Assembly (NCBI GenBank): GCA_965287045.1
Contig: OZ336897.1
Location: forward strand, 11,036,001-11,100,000
Source: Carcharhinus amblyrhynchos
Taxonomy: Eukaryota
Direction: 5' to 3'
Length of the DNA stretch: 64,000 bases
Shown: in pieces, positions 51,434 through 62,330 of the stretch
Numbering within the stretch: position 1 is the stretch's first letter
Layout of the letters: every line of letters starts with the position of its first letter
Made by a program: the position numbers and the translations under genes
Notes under the pieces: model-generated
What the model was told of the DNA's origin: nothing
Database searches by the model: none
What the model saw: only the letters and a program-made list of their open reading frames with translations

Positions 51434-51466
51434 CTCATCAACGATGCACTGCAATAACTGTAGTGG
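51434..51466 (-). CDS. MAP2K5: MAP2K5 coding exon (33 bp): PLQLLQCIVDE
   Basis: Acceptor ccattgcag| and donor |gtgagg. Identical to MEK5 PLQLLQCIVDE. Confidence 0.95.
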
Positions 51467-51783
51467 CTGCAATGGCAAATGGGGGGTGGGGTGGAACAGA
51501 GAGAAGTATTAGCTTGTACGCAGTCTTTTACAGTAGACTGAGAAAATCATTAATGCAGTAAAATGTTGCAAGATTAATCAACAGCGCAAAAGTCTTATAA
51601 AAACATTGACACCCTAGATGTTCTATTATTTCTAATGATACCTAATCTACTACAGGCACTTTAGTGCTTGTTGTAACAAAAATGCAATTTGCTAAGTTTA
51701 AAGTAAAGCACTCAAGCATGCAAAAAGGCAGCCAGCAGGAAAAAAAGTGAATTTTTTTTCTCTGCAAACTCATAAAACCTTAC

Positions 51784-51810
51784 CATTAAAGATCCCTGGC
51801 TTTTCTGAAT
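51784..51810 (-). CDS. MAP2K5: MAP2K5 coding exon (27 bp): IQKSQGSLM
   Basis: Branch-point-like gctaat, acceptor gcctttcag| and donor |gtaagg. Matches MEK5 IQKNQGSLM. A 317-bp intron separates it from the next exon. Confidence 0.95.
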
Positions 51811-51884
51811 CTGAAAGGCAATATGTAATTAGCATGTCATAATCAAAATGACTCACTTGGACACATTACGATCACTGAGAGAAA

Positions 51885-52049
51885 NNNNNNNNNNNNNNNN
51901 NNNNNNNNNNNNNNNNNNNNNNNNNNNNNNNNNNNNNNNNNNNNNNNNNNNNNNNNNNNNNNNNNNNNNNNNNNNNNNNNNNNNNNNNNNNNNNNNNNNN
52001 NNNNNNNNNNNNNNNNNNNNNNNNNNNNNNNNNNNNNNNNNNNNNNNNN
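51885..52049. other. Assembly gap (165 N), probably a (GAAA)n tract
   Basis: Run of N flanked by gagagaaa and gaaagaaag. Confidence 0.9.
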
Positions 52050-53645
52050 GAAAGAAAGCATAATACAGTTACAGTGCTGTTTACACATCTGATATAAATA
52101 ACAATTGCTGGCTTTTGTACAAATCCAAGATTAAATGCTACATTTGTTCCCCGTGCATTCAAATCCTCTGCCTTTCAAATTAAAAGATGATTCAAAACAC
52201 AAAATCTACTGGTTATTTGATGCCTGCTGAACACAGGCACAATTTACAAGTGATTTGACCAATCTTCTCTCTCCCCACATGAAGCGAGAATTTTCAAAGC
52301 AGCAATTTTTTTTTTAATTAGAATCTTCACTCATACATCCCTCCCCAAATGAATTAGCTGAAATCCAAACTATGTCAGTTCCCACTTAATATAAGGGAAA
52401 TTACACTTTTTTTAGGTTGAATTTTTCTGCTTACCAAGGCAAGGGATGTTTGCACTGGGGAAATGGATATTTTCCCATTGCAGGTACATAATGTTAACAT
52501 CAGGCATTCTTTGGTCAAGTATAACAAGGCTGGCTGCAAGATAAAGCCGGCTCTCCACTTCCTCATAGTAAGTCTTAAATCTAAACTCAGTAAATAACCC
52601 TGCATTTCACCAATTTGATATTTTTGCTTTTGGAGTTATGGCAAGATAGGAGGCCTGGAAAGCAGCAGCCAATATCATCATATTCATGCCTTTGTGATTT
52701 TACTTTAGGGTCTATATTTTGGGAGGACCATTGTTCGCCATGTCAGCGGGCATTGAAATCCCAGGCCAGATGTTAACCTGGTTTCAGTCAGTCAGAAACT
52801 GGCACTTAAGTGGCAACTGGTTCATGCACAGAAAAACAGCATGTTGGTCACCAACCAGGTGCAACTGGGGCTCATGCAAGGGGTGCTTTGAACTACCAAA
52901 CTACTACTTTAGTTTTATGTAATTCCATACAGAGTTGCAAGATTTGGACAGTTTCTGGTGCAAATGACAAGAATTCCTGGTAGCTTAGGGGCGCGGGTAC
53001 TAGAGCTGTGGCCATCGTGGATTGAGCAGTTGTCAGCTCCATGGGAATTTGATATCCTTCCCGTAAGTGCATAGTATTCTCTGGTCAGGAGAGTGCTGGA
53101 AGTCTCCAGCGTACACAATCTGGCGCAAGTGCTAGGATCACAGTTTATGGAATTTCAGGGTCTGACAATTTTGTGCTGGGTGAGGGCAGTTGAATGCCAA
53201 TTCCCAGTACAATTCTGGTCTGAAACTGTCCAAATTAATTTCACAAGGAATTAATATTTACTTTGGAATATTCTGAATGGAATAAATACCATAAGAATAA
53301 CCAATATAATTTATTTGAATGCACTTTTAAACCATTATTATACAAATACACATAATCTAATGGATGCAAAACTTAATTCAGCAAACTGCTGGTTTAGAAA
53401 AATATGTTTCCAAAGGTGTGTGCTCCCCTATTCTAGTGGGATAGTGTGAACGTTCACAGCCAACAGGCACAGGCCTTAGTATATTTGGCAAATTCAAATT
53501 TATGTCTCAAGGATGAAAGAACAATATTCAAAACCACTGTGCCCTCAGACTGCAATAAGATATTAATAATAAGGTTGCTTTGTTGCCCAACACAGCACAA
53601 ATCTAAAATTTACAACATACAGTGGTGTCACCCGCCTCTACGAAA

Positions 53646-54480
53646 AGAGCTCACCTCTGTCCCTCATTCTGTGCTGGGATTGCTTATCCCTGCTCCCCAG
53701 TCTTTGCTGGAAAACTCCACTGCTTCCCCTTCTGTGCTGGGTAGCTCACCTCGTCTCCCCATTCCTTGCTCGGATAGCTCAAGTCAGCTCCTCATTAGAA
53801 TCATAGAAACCCTACAGTACAGAGAGGCCATTCGGCCCATCGAGGCTGTACCGACTACAATCCCACCCAAGCCCTATCCCCTGATCCCTCGAACCTATAC
53901 ATCTCAGGACTCTAATTTTAGCATGACCAATCAACCTAACCGCACATCTTTGAACTTTGGGAGGAAACCGGAGCACCTGGAGGAAACTCACGCAGACACG
54001 AGGAGAATGTGCAAACTCCACACAGACAGTGACCCAAGCCAGGAATCGAACCCAGGTCCCTGGAGCTGTGAAGCAGCAGTGCTAACCACTGTGCTATCGT
54101 GCCGCCCAGCATTCTGTGCTGGGATAGCTTACCTCTGCCCCCATTCCTTGCTGGGATAGCTCACCTCTGCTCCCCATTCTATGATGGGATAGCTCACCTC
54201 TGCTCTCCATCCTGTGCTGGGGTAGCTCTCCATTCTGTGCTGGGATAGCTCACCTCTGCTCCCCATTCTGTGCTAGGATAGTTTACCTCTGCTCCCTATA
54301 CCTTGCTGGGATAGTTCACTGCTGCTTCCCATTCCTTGCTGGGATAGCTCACCTCTGCTCCCCATTCTGTGCTGGGATAGCTCACCTCTGCTCCCCATTC
54401 TGCGCTGGGACAGCTCACCTCTGCTCCCCATTCTGCGCTGGGACATTTCACCTCAGTTCTCCTGCACTGTGCTGGGATAG
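53646..54480 (+). repeat. 33-bp minisatellite (CTCACCTCTGCTCCCCATTCTGTGCTGGGATAG) interrupted by an HE1 SINE
   Basis: About 4 units before and about 11 units after the SINE. The units vary by point changes and have no spacers. Confidence 0.92.
53796..54107 (-). mobile_element. HE1 SINE, tail type B
   Basis: Head gggcggcacgatagcacagtggttagcactgctgcttcacagc, V-domain, and tail gatgggccgaatggcctctctgtactgtagggtttctatgattcta. Confidence 0.92.
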
Positions 54481-57374
54481 TAAGGACCGTTACAGCCATC
54501 AGACAGAGATTGTTTTCAATGTGCCAGCACTAGATTCTAATTTGTGTCTTGAGAATGAAAGGACAATGTTTAAAAATCACTGTGGCCTCAGATTCCAATG
54601 ATTTATTAATAACAAGGTGACTCTGTTGGCAAACAGCGCAGAAATCAAAAATCTACCAACATACAGGACTGTCACCCTCCTCTACAAAAAAAAACTTGCC
54701 CTGAAATGCTCTGATTGGTCTCTTCTCCATCACTCTCTTCATTTGTCCTACTCAGAACAACTGCATTAATTAAAAAAGCTGACAAATTGCAACTTTAATG
54801 TGATATAATTATTTTGCCTTACATTATGCAATAACACAATGTTTCACTTCAATATGACAATGCAGTATGAGTATAATTGATTAATTCTATCAATTAAATA
54901 CAACCATGTAACCTCACTTTTTCATTCTCCTCTCTGTACAACCCCTAACCATTTTATAAGTGCCAGAGAGATTTGCTAGTCAGAAATATTAGCTACCAGC
55001 TCTACTTCAGATAAACTGCTTTTAAGATTGAGTTATGTTTTAAATTGTCATTAACCTTTTAGCGAAGTAGAAACAGCCAGTTCAATGAGGCTCTGTGCCC
55101 CATGCCCCAAGCAAAGTGTCACACATTGCTTCACTTATTTACATTTTACATACATTTTATTAATTGTATGTGCTCTATCTAAACATTTCTAGATGTTTAG
55201 ATTGATTCAGACCGACATTCTAAAGAGCATTACCAACATGTTGTGGTCCAACAGCTTCATTATATGTAATTCCCCCATGCAAACACCCCAATTGCAGAGC
55301 TTTTCAGTTCAAATTATAAAGATATTTTTAAAGTGGTTTCCAGAAAACTTTCTTTGTCTTCTCTTTGTTCTTTCAACAGAAATTTACTTACAACCAAATT
55401 TTATACACAAGATAAAGTGGGACTGAGAACCTTTTACACCAAAATAACCAGCATCTCTCTACACACCTGATGCGCTTTCCTTTAAAATATACCCCAATTA
55501 ATTTTGAATATTTGATGTGTGTGCAAACTGTATATATTTTATATACATGATATACACACAGTCCAAAAATAAATGAGTACGCAAGCAATGTTATGAATCT
55601 GTGTATTAGTGTCAAGATTTAATATAAAATATTTTCCAATAACAGTTTTATAGGATGAAGAATCAAAAATTTGTGCCAGAATCATGGGAAGAATACAACC
55701 CCTCCTCCTACAAAAAAGGTGCTAATTAAGAAGGATGTGCAATTTAAAAAGGGCCAAATATCATCACATTCACACATTTGAATCACACTGGTATATCTTT
55801 GGTAGGCACAGTGTGATTGCTTTATTTTGTATTTGTGATTAATTTTAATTATAGGTTCCAGGAACTATTAATGTCTCATTTAAACTGGGGCAAGAACTGG
55901 GCAATGGGTTACCCCCATAAATGTATACTAGACCAACCATAACCTATCGGAATGGTCTTTGGCTTGAGTTATGAGTTCCCACTAATTTCTCACCTGCAGC
56001 ATGCATATATAAGTTGGGGTTCCTGCAAAAATACTATGACACTGTCGCATCTATACTTCAATGTACTTGCAAACTAGAAAATGGGAGGTAACAAATTACC
56101 AAGATAGGTTTTATAGAATTCACACCAGTTCACTGCCTGCTAGCATCTTTATGGTAACTGGAGCCCATGAGGGGATTTAAGAGTTCTCCGATGGTTCATT
56201 GATAATTAAGATATAAAGTATTCAAAAAGATGACATAAGAGAATATCACTATAAATATAAAAACAGATAATTAAAAGAGAAAAAGAGTGAATCACCAGGG
56301 GGAAATGGTCCACCTATTTAAATAAATGCATTGCAAAACTGGTATCAGAATAGAAATGATGAATTAAAAACTTTCAAAACAATTTAATAAGGTTTAGTAG
56401 AGGACTGATAGAAATATAGCTTAGCAATCATGACTTGAAAAAATCAACCTAATTGTGGCAGTGCTATAGTAGGTTGAATTGCAATGGGACTGTAATGCAT
56501 TAATGAGCACTAATTTCCAGTGCAAAGAGCAGTGAGACACAGGTTTGAATCCCCCACACTATGAGGTTGCTGATTTTACTCCTGTTGATGTGGGAACTGC
56601 TGAAAGGAATTTGTATCATCCCTGGGCAGCTTTAAGAGGCCTTCAAATAGCTGGCTCTAGAGGAGCAGTGACATAAGCTTCGGACCCAGTTGCCAGCTAT
56701 ATGTCTGCCTCCTCAGCCACTGCAATGAATGGTTAAGAAAAAACAGAAGAGAAAAGTAAGGCAGGGGAAATATAATTAGTGACATCATAAAACATGGCGA
56801 TGAAGTTTAATTTATTGGAAAAATAACAAATCAATTTTATTTTCAAAAAGTATACTTTTGAGCAATACCACTTTTAAGCTGATCAGCACGAACACTTTAA
56901 TTGTGATTAAGAGCTAATTAATTTACAGAGATAACACTTCACTTATCGCATGCATGAAAGCAAGACAAGTGGGTGGTTATGCAGCTGCCCAGTTTTTCAC
57001 AAAGCCCAGCATCTGATAAAGTGATGACAATTACAAAGTTAACTTTGTTAGTATTTTGCAGACTTTTGGGGAAAACTCAAATTGAAACAGTGAAGTAATG
57101 AATTTATGGGTAGACAAAGTGACAAGAAAACAAAAGCCCTCTTGCCTTCTCTGTCAAAAAAAGCCCCAGTTCAAGCAGGGAGGCTTGGAACACAAGGCGT
57201 ACATTTCTGCTTCAGTATTTGGTATACTGTTCTGCAGCAAGCCTAAAGAATTCAAATTAAACAGGGCTGTTTCAATTTGTAATATTCTCAAACATGAAAA
57301 TAATTAGTTATGGTTAGAAAGATGGTTTAATTTGCATCTGTTAGTATATGCAAAATTAAGTGAAACAGAAATCA

Positions 57375-57505
57375 TCACCAGAACTTTACCATTCCGTCAG
57401 CCATGGGAACTGGAGCTGGTGAGGGGCGGACCATGGGAAGGTCCGTTGACCACAGGCAGGATTTTACGGTTTTGGGGCGGGTGTGGGCTGGAAAATCTCC
57501 AACCT
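57375..57505. mobile_element. Short MITE-like repeat
   Basis: GC-rich insert with imperfect inverted ends agaactttacc and ggaaaatctcc. Confidence 0.4.
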
Positions 57506-58426
57506 CTTAATAATGATCACACTTTATATATCGACTTGTAAGGAGTGAATAGAGGAGTCTGAGTTATTTTTAAATCAGTGTATGATACAGGCGCCGATAT
57601 TACATTTAGTTTTCCATGTTGGGGAAAGATTTAAGTAATATATCCATTTTACATAACCATTGGGATGGACTGGTTTCACATTTGAGTTTCTAACTTTAAC
57701 AACTAAAGCCCCACACAGAAAAATGTTCCATTACCTATCCCATAAAAATAAAATTATTGGACCTAGGTGTAAATAGATCTTTTCATAATTGCTGATGTTT
57801 TTAAAATTAGCAATCCTAACTATCCTTAAAAATTGTACTCCTAACTTTTTAATCTTTTTTCTTGTTCACATACTTTTCAATTGCCATCTTTTAAACTATT
57901 TCCCTGATGTCATTCATCCCCTTACCACTCTGTCATAAACTAGGATCAGTGTCTTTATTGAATGAAAGCATTCCAAAATAGCAACAAGCAAATGTGAAGC
58001 AGATGCCGAAAACTGCCAAGAGAACCAGACTTAACCATCAAAGGAAGAGAGGCAAAAAAAGATGATGACAGGGAAAGAAACAGGTAGCTTGTAGAGAGCA
58101 CAAAAAAATCAAAGCTGTATTTGGGAACCTACCACTTCATTCAGAACTTCCCCAGGTCTTAGCACCTGCCAGTTTAAGTGCAAAAATGACAATCAGAACC
58201 AAAAATACTATTCTGTGTATGAAATACACAGTATAGTATTAAAATTTCACAAAACTTAGTTTTCATAAATATTTTTTATATATATATATATAAACATATG
58301 ATTTGTAAGAAGCATTTCTTTAAAACCAGACAGAGGAAGCTAATAATTAAAAACTTTCAAAATGCTATTTACTACATATATTCAAAGCGATCTACAATCA
58401 AAGAAGCACTATTGAAGTGCAACTAC

Positions 58427-59870
58427 TTAAGTAGGTGAAGCACCTATTTTCACTGGGCAGAGAAATAATTTCTCAAGACACATTCCTGAGTTCAATTGAA
58501 AAATAGTTGCTGTATGCTTGAAGATTAGCTTGATTATTTCTTGTAGTAAGTCGGAAGAAAATAAGGTCAACTCTTGTGTTGAAAAAAGTAGCACATCTTC
58601 TGTTAGAAAACTTATGACTGGTTTCAAATCAGCATCCTCCAAAAGAGGTCTATCCACATCCATTAAATGAAAGGATGAGAGTTGATTTTTGGAAATAGCC
58701 ATTTCACCAGAAAGTCACCAGCTCTGACAAAGGCAGTTTGTCCCCAAAATTATAACCTATTGTTAATTTTGTAGATGCTGATTGCACTTACAACATTTTC
58801 TGCTTTTATTTCAGATTTCCAGTATTCACTTTTTATCATCTTTCTGCCACGTTTTCAATGAATTGCATTCGTAGACTGAACACTTTGCCAGTTTTCCCGT
58901 GGCAGTTCACCATTTAATCAATGCCTCTGGTTAAGGCAAAGGGAAAAAAGGATGACTTTCACTGTCAGTTTTTTTCTATTTCAGTTGCCATGGCAATGCT
59001 TTTTGACAGAAAGTGGCTGTGTAGACCTTCCACTGTTCCCTTTTACATGATTATCAAAAGCACAATCAGAGTAGTAAAATGGATTCACCTACCTGAAACG
59101 TAACTTACAGAAGAAACCAGCTATAGCTTTCATCTCTCTCTTCCACACTGGAATTATGACTTGCCCTTAAGCTCTTCTTGGAGAGATTTACCAGTGACCC
59201 AGGTCAGATCTTCCCATATCAGTTGACAAATTTTTATCTCTAATATTTTTATCACCTAGTGAAAATTCACTGCTTTTCAGACCATTGTCTGTTTGTTCAT
59301 CGAAGAAACAGATATTGGAGTGCTCTCTCATTATTTGGGTGACAAAGCTTTTCATAGGCTGCACGTGAGGTTTTATATATTACAGGAATATGATTGGCAT
59401 TTAAATAGCAAAGCACATCTCAAGGTTGCTCAACTCCAAATATTTAACTTGAACTTAGTGCATTTTGTTGGGGCAATAAAATAACCTTTTTCTTAAAGAA
59501 AAAAAATTAAAACTAAGTGTTCAATCTCTCCAGTTTTCTGGAGTTAAGACTTAAGCTTTCAAGTTATAATTGCATCTTCAATTTAACAAGTGAATTTGCC
59601 CTAATTTCCTCAGTTTTTCTGCTTTCTGCAGGAGAAACAAAGATAACCCACTGAAGTATTTTGATTGTGGAGCCGCAAGGAAGAAATATGCTATCCAGAC
59701 TGATCCTGTTCCTGAATGATGGAAGAAGGGGGTGTCTAAAATAGGAGATTTGAATTCTAAAGCAAGCAATGGAAATGATTTTGAGGGTCCACTTTTGCAT
59801 CCTCCATTGAAGAAACTGATAGAATCAAATAATTTGTTTTTGCAAAAGTAGTTTGACCCCTTCAAAATTC
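58427..59870 (-). pseudogene. Fossil retroviral/LTR-retrotransposon pol fragment (RT to post-RNase H region)
   Basis: Ordered motifs on minus: SLD../AYFFLAAPQSKYFSG, C*IED at 59588-59574 (YxDD-like), L*EKGYFIAPTKC in the same frame, QVKYL at ~59445, HPNNERALQYLF...RQW at ~59285, W...EELK, and finally EDADLKPVISFL. Confidence 0.55.
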
Positions 59871-60110
59871 ACCATCACTGGCAAGTTCCTCGACAAGTCA
59901 ATCCAGACATAGATACCTATCTTTCTTTATCATTACTGGATCAAAATCCTGTTACTTCCTATCTAACTGTTGTGTGCAGTGTACCTTTATTACAAAGAAT
60001 GCAGCAGTTGGAGAAAACAGTTCACTAGCACCTTTTAAGGGAAATTAGGGATGGGCAATGAACACTGACCTTGCTAGCATAACTGAATCCCTTGAAAGGG
60101 TGAGAAAGAA
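59870..60110 (+). mobile_element. LINE 3'-end fragment (same family as 4695-4915)
   Basis: accatcactggcaagttcctc...atcattactggatcaaaatcctg...gggaaattagggatgggcaatgaacactgacc. The tail matches the tRNA-SINE tail. Confidence 0.6.
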
Positions 60111-60269
60111 AAATTAATTGCCTCACTAGGGGGATGTTGTTATTCCCTTTTATAATTTGCATTTCCTGGAAATGACCAGAAATTTTGGCCAAAGAGGCAT
60201 GAACGAACAGAGCTGAGAGATATCACCACAAGAAGAAAAAGTAAACAGTCACTTGGTAGTACACAACTT

Positions 60270-60600
60270 GAATGTTGATGAAAAAAGAGACATCTTGCTG
60301 AAGCACTTCACCTTGCACTCATTGGGACAAACACAAGGACGCCAAATTCCAGGCAATCACGACAATTTATACTACAGGAGAAAAGGGTGCTGTCTGATTG
60401 GCTACTGAGGCACTGCCATTGAGAAAGTGAGGGGGAGCTACAGGCTTGCCAAACTCCCAGGTTTAAAAAAAGTGCAAGGCTCAAACATATTCTTTTTGTT
60501 TGTAGTGAATGGGTCCCTGTGTATGAATGTATGTTGCTTCCAGCAAGTGTAAATAAGCCATATTACTAGATCAACTGATTATCTTAAATTGGTTGCTGGA
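60270..60600 (-). mobile_element. Penelope-like element fragment
   Basis: Similar to 61395-61800 (ttgcactcattgggac...gtccctgtgtatgaatgtatgttgcttccagcaagtg). Confidence 0.6.
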
Positions 60601-61394
60601 TGCACTAGGTTTAGTCCCATGGTCATACATCATGACATGTGCACATCAGGGTCAAGCACTTTGAGAGGTAGGGAAACCGAAGGAGAATAGAAAAGGAAGT
60701 GCAGAAGGAGTCACAATATTCACCACAGGCAAAAGACAAATCAAAGAGAAAACAGAAAATCACACATCTGAGAACTCCAACGACTTAGAGAGATGTTAAT
60801 ATATGCATGTAACAGTCTATATATCCGTCCTCTCTATTGAGAAATGTCTGCATGCGATGTCAGGGGGGGAATTGATGGGATGCAAAGCAAGAACAAATAC
60901 AAAAAATAATCCTTAAAAATAACTTGTAGTGACAACTAATGTGAATTGATTCTATTAAGTGGTACACAGTGGATTATTTGCTACTACAACAGTAGGCAGA
61001 TCCAAATTGGTTTGCTCACAGTGCACAAGCTAATGCCTATTTAAACTATCCAAAGAAGTCTTGGAGCATCTGCCAGTATTTCTGTAGAATTGCTCTCAAG
61101 TGTCCTTTAATCATGTCCAAGTAAGTGCACCCAGACACTCTGATTAGTTAACTATATGCTCGCATGGACTAAAGACATCAATATGCAGCAAAGCTCTCCA
61201 GGGGAGGAAAAAATGCTTTATACAAAAGAACTTAATAGAAAAATTATACCTTTTAAAAGCAAATCTTAATGAAAGAACTAAATGTATAGCATTAAAATCA
61301 AGTTCATATAATCTGGAAGGACTCAGCTTACTGACATTTACTTATATTTACAGCTGATACACAGAAAGTATAAATGTATATTTAAAAATAGAAA

Positions 61395-62330
61395 TGTGTT
61401 GAAACTTTTTGTCTTGTACTCATCAGGATCGAATCACAAGAATACCAAACTTCACAGGGAATGACAATTTAAACTGCATGAGAAAAGGCCTCTGATTAGT
61501 TGGCAAATGGACTCTAATCGGTCAAAATGTTATCATAGAGAATACACCAAACAACAGTTATTTAAATTCAAACCAGGCAAGTCAACTCCAATTGGCTGAG
61601 ATGTTGCAATGCAGAATGCCCATGGAAACACTGTCCTGCAAGCTTTTGTTTGGTTGAAAAAGGAGAATGTCTACAGATGTTCTTTTTGGTTACAGAGGAC
61701 AGCCCCTGTATGTGAATGTATGTAGCTTCTAGCAAACATAAGTGAGCCCTATTGCCAGCCTGATTCATAATCTTGAGTCAGTTGCTGGTATAATGCTTAG
61801 AAACTCGCGATTGTTATGCAAGTGCTGCGCAGTTGCGGAATCACATCCAATGCTGGAACCTATGTTCTGTGTTTTACAAGCACGGGCTGGTCAAGTATAA
61901 TCCGTAGTCTGATTGTTGTCAACAGCCGAATGGATGTGTTGTTTGATACAATTTGCCAGTTATTGGCACCAATGGCTTACATATCTAGCATCACACCAGC
62001 ACTGAAATTCATACACTCATTTGTGTGATAAGCAGAATGTCTTTTTGGCTTGACAGCAGCATTCTGTCCATTATGAGGTAGACTGGGCATTTTACAAATC
62101 CATAAGTTACAACCTTAGGCCCATTCATGAGTTGAGGAATAACTGCTGTCTTATGCATTCTCCATTGCAAGACCTCGACCAGAGTCCATTTGCCAACCAA
62201 TCAGCACCATTTTCTCACACAGAATTCCCTTTGAATACATTGTTCCCTTTGAAATTTGGCATTCTTGCAGTTCTGTGCTGAAAGTGCAAGGACAAAAGAT
62301 TCAATAGCATGTTTCTATTTACAGCAATAC
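61395..62330 (-). mobile_element. Penelope-like element with a GIY-YIG/RT remnant and inverted terminal repeats
   Basis: Minus translations KCPVYL, KDILLITQMSV and HLCLLEATYIH match PLE ORF C-terminal motifs. The ends tttttgtcttgtactcatcagg...aagaataccaaac and atttggcattcttg...gtgcaaggacaaaag are inverted. Confidence 0.7.

Noticed and set aside
51843-52162. ORFs containing runs of X
   Set aside because: They are artefacts of the N gap.
53646-54480. 33-bp repeats resembling a CRISPR array, plus the 237-aa ORF 53446-54159 and the repetitive ORF 54296-54499
   Set aside because: The units are head-to-tail with no unique spacers, the context is eukaryotic and there are no cas genes. The ORFs simply read through the minisatellite and the antisense HE1.
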